Assembly: GCA_022813965.1 (NCBI GenBank)
Contig: JALDZS010000005.1
Span: 186,001 to 250,000 of the forward strand
Length of the DNA: 64,000 nucleotides
Direction: 5' to 3'
Origin: Toensbergia leucococca
Taxonomy: Eukaryota
This document shows, one piece after another, positions 25,996 through 39,813 of the stretch; within the stretch, counting starts at the first letter, position 1, and each line of letters starts with the position of its first letter. The translations under genes were made by a program, and so were the position numbers. The notes under the pieces were generated by a model. The model saw only the letters and a list, made by a program, of their open reading frames with translations, was not told the DNA's origin and made no database searches.

Positions 25996-28114
25996 ATGAC
26001 GCTATTCGACTATGGCCGAAGGCTGTACTCCCTGGATACCCTCGATACAAGGTTCACAGCTTCCTCGAGACCTACTCTCAAACAAACCGTGTCGGACACG
26101 CGGGCACAAATAGATCCAGCGAAACCATCCACCACCGCTGGAGGAATTGGGAGAATACCTGGGAAAGACTATGCTACTGTCTCTCCCTCAAAATGGAGGA
26201 ACCCTGAATTCTTCGTGTACTATTTCGTTATTCTTGTGGCTGTGCCCATGATGTTCAAGGTCACCTATGATGTCTCTAAACGTAAGAACAACTTTTGTCC
26301 TTGTTCAAAATCATAGACTGACCTATTTGTAGCCTCTCATCCCAATTACTCCAATTATGCCAGACTACTGTCTCCTGGTTGGATTCCGGGCCGGAAAGTT
26401 GATAATTCAGACAATCAGTATGCAACATTCAGAGATAATTTACCATACATGTTCCTCTTACTTTTATTGCATCCTCTTCTACGGCGACTCTATGACTATG
26501 TGTTTCCTGTTCAGAACCAGTCATCCTTTCCTCACGCGAAGACCCTGCAAGTTAGCACTGCTATTCCGGCCACGCAAATTGCTGCAGCCGATGCTCGATT
26601 GACTAAGAGAGTGACCTTTGACCTTTACTTTGGCGTTATATTTCTCTGTGCCTTGCATGGATTCTCGGCGTTCAAAGTCCTTCTGCTTCTCTCTATCAAT
26701 TTTGCCCTAGCAACCCAATTGCCCTATAGGTATGTACCCGCGGCTACATGGATCTTCAACATCGGCGTTTTGTTTGCCAACGAGCTTTGCAAAGGATATC
26801 CTCTTGCCGCTGTCGCAGACCTTGGTCTGCCTTGGTCTGTCTCGACTGAAATTTCCTCGGGTGAAGCTCCACAGGTGAATTGGGGATCTCTACTTGACAG
26901 CTACGGTGGTCTAGTCCCAAGATGGGAGATTCTCTTCAATTTTACAGTACTCCGCTTAATAAGCTTCAATTTCGATCACTACTGGAGCTTCGGTCGATTA
27001 ACAGGTAGTCCTGAAGAGGTCCGTTAAATCTTGCAAGCCAGATTGGTTTTTAAGGACGCGGGATTTTACGCTAACTAGCATAAGAAGAAACAACTCGATC
27101 CTACCTTTCTTTCGGAAAGAGACAGGGTCGATTTATCTGCAAAGGCTCGAGACTATTCTTTTCGTTGTTATCTCGCATACACGCTGTATTCACCTTTGTA
27201 CCTGACAGGACCTATTGTGACCTTCAATGATTACATCTCCCAATTACGATACCCTGCTCAAAGCATTACCACTGGCCGAACCTTCCTATATGGGGTACGG
27301 TTTCTCGTCGCACTTCTTACCATGGAGGTCATGCTGCACTTCATTTACGCCGTTGCCATTTCCAAAGCTCAGCCAGCCTGGGAAATTTACACACCCTTTC
27401 AACTAAGCATGCTAGGTTATTTCAACCTCCATATAATTTGGTTGAAGCTTCTGCTGCCTTGGCGATTCTTCAGACTTTGGGCGCTTCTTGATGGTATTGA
27501 TCCTCCTGAAAATATGGTTCGGTGCATGTCGAACAATTATTCTACTATGGCTTTTTGGCGTGCATGGCACCGGAGCTTCAATCGTTGGATTGTGCGATAT
27601 ATTTACATACCACTAGGAGGCAGCGGAGGCCCGAGCACCCGTGGATATTGGGGGAATACTAGAGCAGTGCTGAATTTTCTCGCTGTATTTACATTTGTGG
27701 CGCTCTGGCACGACATCCAGCTCAGATTACTAGTTTGGGGGTGGCTGATCACATTGTTCATACTTCCGGAAGTCTTGGCTGGCTTTCTATTCCCTAAAAA
27801 GAGTTGGCAGAACCACAAGGATGCATATCGAGTGATATGTGGGATAGGAGCTGTTGGAAATATTCTGATGATGATGGCGGCCAACCTGGTTGGTTTTGCT
27901 GTAGGGTTAGACGGGCTTATGGGTCTGGTGCATGGAATAGTCGGGTCATCCTCTGGTAGGGAACCTGAACCATTAGTCGGTGAAGGGATTGCTGACACTC
28001 CGTGTAGGGCTAGTGTTTTTGGGTGCTGCATGTGCGGCTCTATTCGTTGGTGTGCAAGTCATGTTCGAAACAAGGGAGCAGGAGTTGCGTGAGGGCTTCC
28101 GCATGACATGTTAA
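25996..28114 (+). CDS. GUP1: MBOAT O-acyltransferase Gup1 (glycerol uptake / GPI remodelling)
   Basis: [105 protein letters not shown] (active His). Three introns; ends REGFRMTC*. Confidence 0.95.
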
Positions 28115-28405
28115 GTTTTGCCAATTGGACCATGCTGAATTTTACTGCTGCCACAAGCACATGCTTGCACAATAATTTGGCTCCATTGAGGAAATTGTCT
28201 CTTGTGAAAGAACCAATTTGAAGACATTGTACTTCTCGTCTCCGTAGGCCACCGTAATTCGCCGTAATGGATCACCGTAAAACTATGAGAGTGCTGCAAA
28301 CCTCAACCCAAACTACCGATGATTATTCGACAATAGACGTGTAAGAGATCAATGCAGGCCATTGGCCAATACTGCTTCCCAGTACATCGTTATGCTTCAT
28401 ATCGG

Positions 28406-30774
28406 ATGATCAGCTATTGTCTACATACGCCGATGGAACACGTCTGGATAACAAACGACGTCCTCAATTATGCCTTGCACCGCTTCGCGCTTTCTAAATC
28501 CAGACGACGATGTGCCATCAACATACCTGGACCTATGGAGGCAAGAAAAAGAGGGTCGAAGCGGAGAATGATGAATGCAGCTATAACGGAAGGCGGTGCG
28601 GGATCTGATATTGGTGCAACCTTGGGCTTGGACGGGAGACTCGACCAGAGGAACTGGAAGTGGGAAGCCCCGACCGTGTCTTCTCAAGACCCACAGGAGC
28701 AAGACCAGATAAATGGTAACCGAACTTTTCTGGAGGTCTCGAGACTCAGAAAGCTGACGCTGAATCAGAGGTACCGCCGCTGCCTTCCTGGCTTGTGAAC
28801 ATTACTCCTGCCCCGGATGAAGAACCTAAAACATTGACGTTGTGTCCTCAATCCACCTCCCCAGAGAAAGAAGCTGATATCTCTGAACATGCCACACATT
28901 GGCAACCGCATCAAACTCTTACTCTCGGTGGCCTAGCACCAGACGCCGTCAAAAGTGGTTTTCGGAGATCTGATGAGCACATGGAATTTATACATGGGTT
29001 GAAAGTATGCAACAGTTTATTGAATATCCAAAGGCTTGCGTTCTCTCTCAAAATAACCCTTGGAAAAACTCCTACATGCAGTAGATTAGCCTTCAACAAA
29101 TTATTGAAGGTGGGCCCACACATGGGGACGCTACTGAGCTTTTTAGAGGACTCGTCTCTTAATGCCCCAGAAGCTCACAATCTACTAAAACTACTGGAAC
29201 GACTTACAGAGCAGTTTCCAATTACGAAGGAAACCACCGTCCTTGCAAATTGGATTAGACGACAAATAGTTCTAGGACTATTGTCCGAAAACGAAATCAC
29301 ATCATTCGTTAAATTTGCATGCAGTATCCCCAATACGGCAGGCAACGATTCTTTGAAGCTGAATGTCTTGGAAATGATATGGGATGGTCTCAGGTCATCA
29401 CCAGTCCGCAAAATACATGATTTGGAAGGTCAAACATTGAATGCGCTCCTAGGATCATTATCGCACGGGACTCTGACCCCCAAGCTACGAGACATGGGGA
29501 GTGAAATTGTCAGGCATTCGTCTCTGCTGCAGCTACAGCACATGGATGCCAGTGTCTCGACGTTCTTGGAATTGTTGACTACTTCTTGGGATAAAATGGG
29601 CGACAATGGGGAGCGTGAAACTAATCAATCACACGTCTGCGTTAGAGTGATGGAATTGCTTGACATTCTTCCCAGAGAGCTAACGACCGCGTGTCTTACA
29701 AGCTTGACCAGGAGACTGGTCCAGCGTTGCCGTCTCATGCCCGATGATGGCTCATCTTGCATGGGTTTACTCAACGTATGGTGGCACACACTATTCACGT
29801 CAAAAGTCTTCGAGACCATTGAGTCGAGTAGCAAATGGTCCACACTGGAGCGATTCTTATCCTACCAGAAAACCGAGATCTTCGGCTCCTATCTTCGTTT
29901 TTTTGACGATGAAAAGAAATTACTTATCATTAAGCGCCATTGGCTAGTCCCACAGCGTACAAGAAATCATGCTATGATCGTTTCAAAAGTGCCTCTTATA
30001 GAAAACAGGCTCGAAGAACTGTGCGGAGCAGGGGAGAGCGTTTCCCCATTCCTCATTTTCCTCTTAGCGAATCGCTATGTGACCTTGAAGAGCGATATTG
30101 TTTCCCGTCTTCTTTCTCTGTTGCGTATACTTGACAAGCCAAATATCATCGCAGAGATCATCCGGTTTTCAAGGACTTGGAATATCCACATCAATGCTCA
30201 AGTTATTTGCGATGAGATCACTGAACACCTCAAGAAGACTCCTAGCACAGCTCTCAACTTGTTTCGCATGTATCCCTGGCTTCCCCTGGAGGCTTGTCCT
30301 GGCTTGGCTGCATACATAGTCTCGACTCCAATCTTGGACCATGATTACGTATTCCGTCTTTGGAGTAGCCGTACCGCAAATGCCGTGTCCTTTTACGAGA
30401 GTTCAGGACGACTTCCAGAAGCTCGAAGGCAGCTTTTCCAAACGATCGCTCTTGCGTTTGCCGACGCCGCATATTTAATTCCACGACAGGCTTTCCGCAA
30501 AGTACATCGCTGCTACTTGATCTTTAGAAAAGAGCGTCTTGGTCCTCTGACACCCGAAATGTCACGAGCTCTCACTATAGCTGGTGTGACAAGACAATTG
30601 CAAGTCTGCCAGTGGGTGAGTACCATGAAGCTGAAATGGATATTGTCACATGTTCGAGAGACTGAAGGGGATGAGGTTGCTGATAACATGGACGAGATCG
30701 TGTACCGCTGGCGAGGTGATGTGATCCGCACCAACAATACTAGAATGTATCGTGAGAGATATATGGAGACCTAA
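28406..30774 (+). CDS. Uncharacterised fungal protein
   Basis: Exon 1 (EHVWITNDVL..PGPMEARKR..KRRMMN) is joined by an intron at ~28716-28769 to the frame of the 659-aa ORF. The C-terminal part (RQAFRKVHRCY..SRALT..STMKLKWILSHVRETEGDEVA..DEIVYRWRG) looks like a folded domain. Start uncertain (28352, 28406 or 28433). Confidence 0.7.
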
Positions 30775-31268
30775 AAATAGTGCCTTCAATCTAGGCGAAG
30801 GTTTACATGTCCTTCGTCTTACGACCATTTTCTCATGAACGCCAGACAATGACCTGAGAACAGCGACGGAGCCAAATTTGCGCTCTGAGTCTTATCATAG
30901 TCACGCACTCCTGAAGAACCGCCCTGAGCAAGTGGACAAGCTCATCATCGACACGCGAAACATTAATGAGGCTTCACACACTCTGCTGTCCTTGCTTTCA
31001 CACTTATGGCGATAAAGTTTGGTCAAAAGATTAAATTCGTCTTTGCAGACTTGAATTCAAGGACTGGCTGAGACCACAATGTAGCGCGGGTTAACCGGAA
31101 ATGGATGATGCCTTGGATCTTTAACTCCGCTTCATTCAACAATGACGTATCCGTCTCATTTACAACAGACGGGATGTTCTCCCTCATTATGCTTCCTTCG
31201 CCAATTAAGATTCAAGTGCCCGCCTCTGGCCTCTGTGCTTTCCTACTGAACATCTCACAACATTCGTC

Positions 31269-32610
31269 ATGACCACTAACGGATCTACTGTTCAAAAACC
31301 ATTCACTATCGCCATCTGCGGCGGTGGAATCGCCGGCCTCGCTCTCGCAATCGGTGAGCGTAATAGCTACTTCACTGTTCTTGTATATCTAATACCCATA
31401 ATTAGGTCTGATCCGTCAGGGTGTCCATTGCCACGTATATGAAGCCGCACATGCCTTCGCCGAAATCGGCGCCGGTGTCTCATTTGGTCCGAATTCTTTA
31501 CGAGCCATGAGTTTGGTAGACCCAAAGATTAGAGAAGGATATGAACGTCAGGCGACTACCAACGGGTGGGAGGAGAAGAAGACTACGTGGTTTGACTTCC
31601 GGTGGGGAATGGATGGGACCAAGGGGAAAGCTGGGGAGCATATCATCAGCGTGAAGGCGAAGGACACAGGCCAGAGCAGTGTGCATCGGGCACACTTTCT
31701 AGATGAGCTAGTGAAGCTAGTGCCAGAGAGTTGTGCGACGTTTGGGAAAAAGGTGCTGCAGGTAGAGGATTTGGGAAGGGAGGGCGTGAGGTTAGCCTTT
31801 GAGGACGGGACCGAAGCAGAAGCAAGTGCAGTTGTGGGCTGCGACGGTATCCAAAGTCATGTCAGGCCTATTCTGTTGGGTCTAAGGAGCAAAACCGCGC
31901 ATGCGTCATTTACAGGCAAATATGCTTACCGAGGCTTGATTCCGATGGAGAAGGCAGTTGGGTTATTAGGAGATGAGTTGGCGCGGAACGCGCAAATGTA
32001 TCTTGGGTACCATGGGCATATTCTGACGTTTCCCATTGAGAAGGGGGAAGTGATGAACGTGGTCGCTTTCCGCACCAAGAGCGATGGCAAGTGGGAAGAT
32101 GAAAAATGGGTTTTGCCCATGCGGAAAGAAGACATGGAGGGTGATTTCAAGGAGTGGGGCGAGAGCGTGAAGAAAATTCTACGCCTAATGGAAAAGCCGG
32201 ATCTGTGGGCATTGTTCGACCACGACCCCGCAGATACTTATTGCAAAGGCCGGGTATGTCTGACGGGCGATTCGGCACATGCAAGTACGCCGCATCAAGG
32301 CGCCGGGGCGGGCATGGCGATGGAGGACGCGTATGTGATGTCGAACTTGCTGGGGGAGATCAAGGGGCCCGAGGGCATTGAGGGCGCATTCAAGGCCTTT
32401 GATAAAGTTAGGAGACCCAGGACGCAGAAGCTCGTGACTACGAGTCGCGATGCTGGGGAGCTTTATGAGATGGAGAGAGGTGACGATGTGGAGAGGGTGA
32501 AAGAGGACCTTGCCGGGAGGTACGAGTGGATTTGGGGGGTGGAGCTGGAGGATGAGTTGGAGAGGGCGAGGGAAATTTTGGGTGGACGGGAGGGGCCGGA
32601 GAGATCGTAG
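31269..32610 (+). CDS. FAD-dependent monooxygenase, salicylate hydroxylase-like
   Basis: IAICGGGIAG (FAD Rossmann motif); intron ~31354-31405; YEAAHAFAEIGAGVSFGPN; VHRAHFL; GCDGIQS; AYRGLIP; GDSAHASTPHQGAGAGMAMEDA. Confidence 0.93.
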
Positions 32611-32919
32611 GGGGTTAAAAGGAGGAAGAATATACACAATTAAATAGCTCTGATGTTATCAACCGTCCTATTCGATTCATTTGGAATTAAGGCTCCAGAC
32701 TTGGAAAAAATCACACTCGAATGGTGTTTGACACCCACTCGAAGCCAAGTCTCTAACAGTAGAGCCACGAGCAAAAACATTGAAGGGTCCTTAAGTTCTA
32801 ATCTTTGCGCCATCCGAAGTATTGCGGCCAGCAGGTACCGTGCAAGGCAAAGCTGTTAATACAAACATGATAGTACAGCTGACGACCTTCCGCTTGACCC
32901 TAGAATCCTCGAATTGATT

Positions 32920-33809
32920 TCATCCGTCGATATCCATTTTCTCCACCACCACAACGTCGTCGTCTGATGACAACTCATGCACCGTCACATATTTGCTAAT
33001 CTCGTCCCTCGTGATAACTTTCTCATTCAACACCGCTGTTGTGCCACGCGCAAACTTGTAGCTTCGCTGTTTTTGCTCTCGCTGATTGGGAGTGATATAA
33101 TTCCGCATCAACGTCGTCTTTTCCGATGTAATAACGCATACATCCACATTGGACCCTGACCCTAGATCGTTGAAGATACCAGCCTGGATAGCATTTGATG
33201 CCAGCTTCACAGCCTCTTCCCTCGTCATGCTCTGCTTCCACTGTGTCTCGAACACTGACATCGCCGCTAAAGATCCGCTGCCCATTGTCACATACGGAAG
33301 CTTGTCGGTGCTGCCATGGGCGTGGACTGTGAACAGGCCTACGCCTGTAGGGTCAACGCCAGCTACGACTAGATATGCGCCGATGTGGCCTTGATAGCGG
33401 AATAGGTGCTGTTTGAGCATCGTCATGCATGTGACGACTCGGGGTTTGCGGCCGGTTGAGAGAGCGTGCAATTCGAGGTTGGAGGAGATGATGGCTGTGG
33501 TGAATTCGGTGTCTGCAGCAGTGCCAGCACCGGCGCACCATATTTGGGGTGCAATATAGTGGAGTTTCTCACAGTTCTAGAGAAGCTATGTTAGCTTGCA
33601 TCAATGGTATGATGGGCTTCGGGAGATAGGTAGACCTTGTCGGCTACTATGGGTCCTGATGTCGCTCTTGTATCTGCTGCTATCACGACCCCTCCGTCGA
33701 ACACACATCCTACGATCGTTGTGCCGGTGCTTGTAGCTTTGGGAAGAGGCACTCCTTGAGAGTGCAGGGCTGCGTTGCGGTTGTAGTTAGAGAAATCGAA
33801 GCCGGGCAT
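32920..33809 (-). CDS. PUP1: 20S proteasome catalytic subunit beta2 (trypsin-like)
   Basis: Propeptide [17 protein letters not shown] followed by TTIVG (catalytic Thr1); [14 protein letters not shown], intron, [37 protein letters not shown]. Confidence 0.97.
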
Positions 33810-34290
33810 AGCGGCGGAGAGAAGTCGGCCCAGGCCGAGGAGGTGAGCTGGATGGAGAGCAAGATTTAGGGGTGCAGCTTCTTGGCTTTGACACTATCTT
33901 GTTGGTGAAAGTGATCCAGCTGAGAGGTAGTGGGTAGATGAAGTAATTTACAAGATCGACAGTTAGGTGACGACGATGAGGATGCCTCAGCCTGCAAACG
34001 CGACTCCGAGTGTTTCGTAAACTATTTTCAATACATAGCGCGGCGCCTAGGTACTACGTGAAGCCTTGAGAAATCTGTAAAGAAGTCTATTGCAAGGGCT
34101 GTGGCCCTTTGCTTCCTCTTTTCAATCAACTATCCTGGACCGTACCTTGAAGCTTCTCACCGGGTCTCCTTCTTCGCTGATCCGACAACGCTCTTTTACA
34201 GCCTTCCAGACGCCTGCTAATGCCAACACTAAACGCCATCTTTTAGGACGTGAGGTACGGACAGCTTCCCCGGAATTTGAAAGAGCGAGG

Positions 34291-37200
34291 ATGGCTTTCA
34301 GGCTGGGGAGCCCCGGTGCTTCTGGTTTTGGGTCTGCTTCTGGGGCGTTGAGTAATGCGCAAACCCAGACGGGGTCTGACTTAGAAGAAATTCAAACAGA
34401 GGTTTGGATTTGCACTTTTCAATAATTGAATAAATCAAGTGCTGACTTTCTACGACTAGGCACTAGGATTTCAATCGATTGCAGGAGACTCCAAGGTTCG
34501 GTTGTTACCATCGCCTTGGTCATCCGATGCTCTCCCTCCACCAACAGCCTCATTGCTAAGCATTGCTTCGAAGAAAGGGTTACTTGCAGCTGGTGGACCA
34601 GATTCTGTGATCATAGGAAGCACAGACTCAGTGCGACAAGCTTTCTCGGCAACAGGAGAAGCAGGAAATGATATAAAGCCTTTTGTGCCCCAGTTAACTC
34701 TACCTGCTGGCACAAGGATTTCTCAAGTAGCGTTTTCGGCGGATGAAAACTACCTAGTGATCTCTCCGGAAGCCGGCGGGGGCTTAGCAGTGTACGATGT
34801 TCAGAGCCTCATGCAAGGTAGTACGCAACCAGCTTTCCAGCTCCCTACGAATGGAGCATCGCTACGTGCAGTGATCGCGAATCCGGCGCCTGCCATGGCG
34901 GAGCTGTTTGCCGTAGTCACAACGAACGGACAGCTCATGATAGCAAATTTGAAGACTCAAGATTTCTTGAATGGCCCTCAAGGACAAATCATGAAAGATG
35001 GTGTCAGCTGTGTGTCCTGGAGCACTAAGGGAAAGCAGCTGGTCATTGGCCTTGCCGATGGCACTGCTTTTCGTATGACGCCTGAAGGGGAAGGCAAAGG
35101 GACAATTCCGAGGCCACCGGGACTGGAAGGCGTTTTATATGGTATGCTAGCAGGTATCAACTTGGCATATTCTCGTTACTAACATTGCTAGTCTCTTCGA
35201 TATACTGGCTTGAAAACACTGTTTTCTTGATCGCTCATACCCAGTCGTCATACGACGCGGGTTCGATCCCCCAAACAGTCTTTCACATTGTCACTCAGCA
35301 TCCACCATCGTCCTTTGTATATCAGAAACTTCCGGACCCCTGCCCGCCATTTGGGTTGGACCGTTCGCCACCACATCACTTTATACAGCGTTTAAGAGGT
35401 TTTCCTCCTAGTCTTCAAGATCTTCTGATCGTTGCCTCGACGGTCTCTGTCGATATAGGAATGTTTTCAAGGTCCCAAGTAGCTCTGGTGAGTGACATTG
35501 CAGCGGACAAGATCACCGACGTCTTTACAACCACTGCCATTGCCAATGATGCACGTCGCGCTCAACTGCCAATGACCGAGGACTTGGTCGATAGCTCTGC
35601 TATCGGCGTCGCTCTTGACTTGTCCAGCAAAGACAAAGTCGAGCGTCCGTTGCCGGGCGAAGAGATGGACGAGTCTCCAAGTCCATTGCCAGCACTGATG
35701 ACTCTGAACAACGAAGGCATCCTATCTTCGTGGTGGATAGTTTACGCAGAGTCCATTAGGCAAGGCACCGCTTATCCTGGTCTCGTAGCTGCTGCAGGAC
35801 TTCAAGTTCAAGCCCAACCACAAGCAGCACCGCAAGTATCACCATTCGCAAGTTCAAATCAGCATTCAGCGCCGGCATTCGGGCAGACTCCTTTTGGAGG
35901 ACAAAGCTCTGGCTTGAGTACTTTTGGGAAGCCTTCAGGCGCCCCTGCCTTTGGCCAGGCAAGCACGTCAAGTTCATTGTTGGGTGGAGCATTTGGAGCT
36001 CCATCTGGCATTGGAAAGCAGCCGTCACCGTGGGGAGCTAGTAGTGCAGCGAGTACTACCGCTCATACTGGAGCAACTGCGTTTGGCCAAACCGCCTTCG
36101 GATCGCCATCTGTAATAGGAGGATCGCACCAAGGAACAGCTTTTGGAACAACAGGCGGCATTGGAAACCGTGCTTCGCCATGGGCTACGGCATCATCTGG
36201 AACGACAGGAAGTACTTTTGGGCAAGCGGGAGGATTAGGTATGCGAACTGGACCTTCCTTTGGAAATGCGACTTCTGGTCCTACATTTAACTCCGATCTC
36301 TCAGCAGGTGCTCCGGCAGGCTCTGGTGGCGGCTTTGCATCATTTGCTAAAGCTCCAGGGTTTGCCGCAGCAGCAGCTCAAGGTGATGGAGAGAGCATCT
36401 TTGCTAAAGGAGCTTCGGGTACATCGTTCAGTTCTGGAATGGATACAGATTCGGTCTTTGGAGGGACTTCTCGAAAGAAGGAAGAGATCCAGGGTAGTAT
36501 CTTCATGTCAGGAAATAATTTTACTCTATGCTCTGGCTTCCGAGGTGATGGGAGTGCCGAAAAAGATACAGCAAAACCTGCAAGTACTAATGGAAATTCC
36601 TTCTTTGGTGGTACTTTTGGTAGTGTTCTTGGAGAAGTCCAGGATGATGCACCTCAGACAACGGAAGCCGACATGGACGAGGATGACAGCGAGAATGATC
36701 AGGCCGGGGGCAGCCCAGTCTCGTCAATCGAGCGAGATTCAATGACTCCTATAACAACACCAGCTGCGCCCAAATTCCAATTCCCTCAAAATGCTCCTCC
36801 TACGACGGGCGGTCTCTTTGGAACCCAATCTCAAAGTAAATTTACACCCGCTGCGGTACAGCGGAGCGTGCCTGCGACATTCTCGCCTCCGCCGGGACAC
36901 AGCAGTACGCCCCCTATCAGCTCATTTGGTAAACCATCGGTTTTTACAACAACACCCAAAGATACGCCGAGAAAGCCAGATGCTCTAGCGTCTCCAGTCA
37001 TAAAGCCAGAGCCCGAAGATGATGAGAATGTTGCGTCGCGGGGTATTAATAAGAACATTCCTGAAGCTCCATTACCTCCAGATTCAACAAGCAAGAATAG
37101 CTATGCGGCTGGCGATTCTTCTTCAACCTCGACCCCAGTCAACGATGCTCCATTACCTCCAGATTTCCTTCCATCGAAAGGTAAGCCAAAAGGTCTGGAT

Positions 37201-38817
37201 GAGGAGCCTGAAGTAAAAGCTGCACTCCCAACAGACGATGAGGGTGAAGGTTTGGATGATGAGGGTAGTGGCGTAGATGTTGCGCAAGAGCTTAGTCCGA
37301 CGACTGATCCCAATCAAAGCCCGAAAATAACTCCAGGGAGTTCGTTTGGTGGACCGTTCGATCGAAGTCCAGTAGGGGGACTGTTCTCAAAGGTTGCACA
37401 TCCGCAACCCCAGCAAACCTCCAAATCCCTTTTCGGAGAAGTCGGGAAAACATCCGTACCTTTTTTTCCACCGCCCTCCAAAGTTCAAGAGAGCCCGAGA
37501 TCACCAAGTCCGGTCCGTCTGCCCATACCAGGGGACATGCTACAGCCAGGGAAGGCGAAAGGAGTGAGTGCTTCCGAATCTAAACCTAAATCCTCCGGCA
37601 GTGGCAGATTAGGACTTAGCGTGCGCCAAACATCTCCAGAAGACCGACGTAAAAAAGAGCGAGACCGTTTAGCCGCCCAGCAAGCCAGAAAAGACGCCGA
37701 AGAGGAGCAAGATTTGAGTGATCGAGAAGACGAGAAGGTCCGCGAAGAACTGGCAACAGAAGTGGAGCCTACGAAAACCTTGGAGCCTTTCCTCGCTCAT
37801 CAGGATTATGTAGGTAATATCGACAAACCCGGTATTCCCGGCCAGATTGAAAAAGTCTACCGAGATATCAACTCCATGATTGATACTCTAGGGCTCAACG
37901 CACGATCACTTCAAGCCTTCACAAAAGGTCATACCGAGCTTTTTCAGGAGGGCGAGCGCTCAAGAGAAGATTTGGAGAAGGGAGATGATTGGTGCCTGTT
38001 TGAAATTGCAGATTTAAGCGTGGTGGAGAGTAAGCTAAGTGAGGAACTAGAAGATGGACGGATTCAGGCTGTGCAGGAAAAACTCGACCGGTGCCGGGTG
38101 CTACAAAAAGATCTCGTTAAGATTAGAGCCAAGCACAACGACACTAAGAGATTCGTCGACGCGAAGACGGATCCCGAGCAGATCGAGGCAAGGCGAACAG
38201 CACCGTTGAACGTTAAACAAGCGTCACTACAGCGTGACCTGCGAAAAGATTTCACTGGCTTTCAAAAACTTCTTTCCGAAACGGAACAAGGCATCTCGAT
38301 GCTCAAAGCCAAGCTCGCCTCTCACGACGCCAGCGTTGGCAACAACGGCGCTCACAAAGGCCCAACGGTCGAAGCCATTACAAAAACGATCATGAAAATG
38401 ACCAGCATGGTTGAGAAAAAAAGCGGAGACATTGACGTTCTAGAAACCCAAATGCGCAAATTGCGATTCTCGTCCACAGGCATCAGTAACGAAAACAGCA
38501 GGGAAGGTTCCCCTGCGTCTCTGATTGGCGATACTCCCACTTCGAAAAGATTGCTACAATCTGCCACCAGGACACCACTTCAAAGTTTAAAAATCACAAC
38601 TCCATTTTATACGCCCGAGAGCGAGAGAGGTGGCTCGTTGAGGAATTCCGTCGGTGCGGAAACGGCTGCTTCGCCTCGAAAACGAATGAGTGCCATTTCG
38701 GAGGATGAGGTGCGGCAATTTCGGACCAAAGGACGAAGGAGGAAAGATGTGAATTCTTTGCTGAAGCAGGCTTTGTTGAAGACGGGGCCGAGGGTTCGAG
38801 GTTTGGACGAGGTCTGA
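34291..38817 (+). CDS. NUP159: Nucleoporin Nup159/Nup146 (beta-propeller, FG repeats, C-terminal coiled coil)
   Basis: DLEEIQTE, intron, ALGFQSIAGDSKVRLLPSPW; SLLSIASKKGLLAAGG; VSCVSWSTKGKQLVIG; many PAFG/SFG/TFG repeats at ~35850-36950; coiled coil IEKVYRDINSMIDTLGLNARSL. Two introns. Confidence 0.93.
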
Positions 38818-39813
38818 GCATGTTTTTGGGTATAGCTGGGTAGTCTGCATTTTCTGAGCGTATTGGTGTCTTGCCTTTTCTTCTGTAATATAGTATTTTG
38901 TGTTAGTAGCATGAACCATGAACGCCTCAATTTGTTATGATAATTCTCTTAAATGTCCCTTGGCTTGCTTGTTTACTTCTTGTTGATGTGCCGAGTACTT
39001 CACTTCGTTATTCACTCGATACTCAAGAGGTACCCATCCGAACGCATGTTTAAAAAAAATTCACTTTGCGTCTACGATTACGTTCAGCATGTGAACTCTA
39101 GGCATAGCAAGAAGAAAACTTATTACTACCGGAAATATGCACACACACCCTCCCCCCCAAACATCCCTCCTTTCCATTACAACGGTAATCAACAACACAC
39201 GAGCGAGAAAAAGAACACGCAAAAGCCAAGCATCGCCCTCCCCGTACCCCCCCCTCCCCCCCAATTTTTTTAGAAAAAACAAGAGCCAAGAAAACTAAAA
39301 CCAAGCAACCTGGAGCCATGTGACGGACCGATTTCCCCCATTCTCCGAGATGCCAGTATCTAGGTAGCTTGATGCTTTTTGCAACAAGGGATCGAATCTT
39401 TCTAGCAAACGACTTCGTGCACGCATAAGGTTCTTCTTGTTGGTTATTTTTTTGGAGAAATGGTGCAAGCTCCTCTCTTTTCGTATGTTCTGTTATCCAC
39501 ACCGAAAAGCCGTAGATTTCCAAAAAGGCATACACTGAGAGGGGAAACCAGGAAATCTGGCCATTTTTTTTTTGGAGTTGGTTGCTTGATCTCTGCTTTT
39601 GCGTTGGTTAGTTGGATTGTAGTATATTTAGCTGGAGTAGTCATGGGGGAAACCTTACACCGGATAATCATTGCAACTGAAAACACCCATCTCTCCCAGC
39701 CAGCCCAAGCCAATCTTCCACCTTCCAAATCACACCACGTCTGAATAACTTAAAAGATTCCCCACAAGCTCGGGTTTATCTGAAAGAAAAAAAAAAGGGC
39801 GCAATTTTTTCCC

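Noticed and set aside
34090..34290. In-frame TTG-initiated N-terminal extension of NUP159 (similar open stretches upstream of REI1 and DSD1)
   Set aside because: No conservation or context evidence available; stop-free stretches of this length arise by chance.
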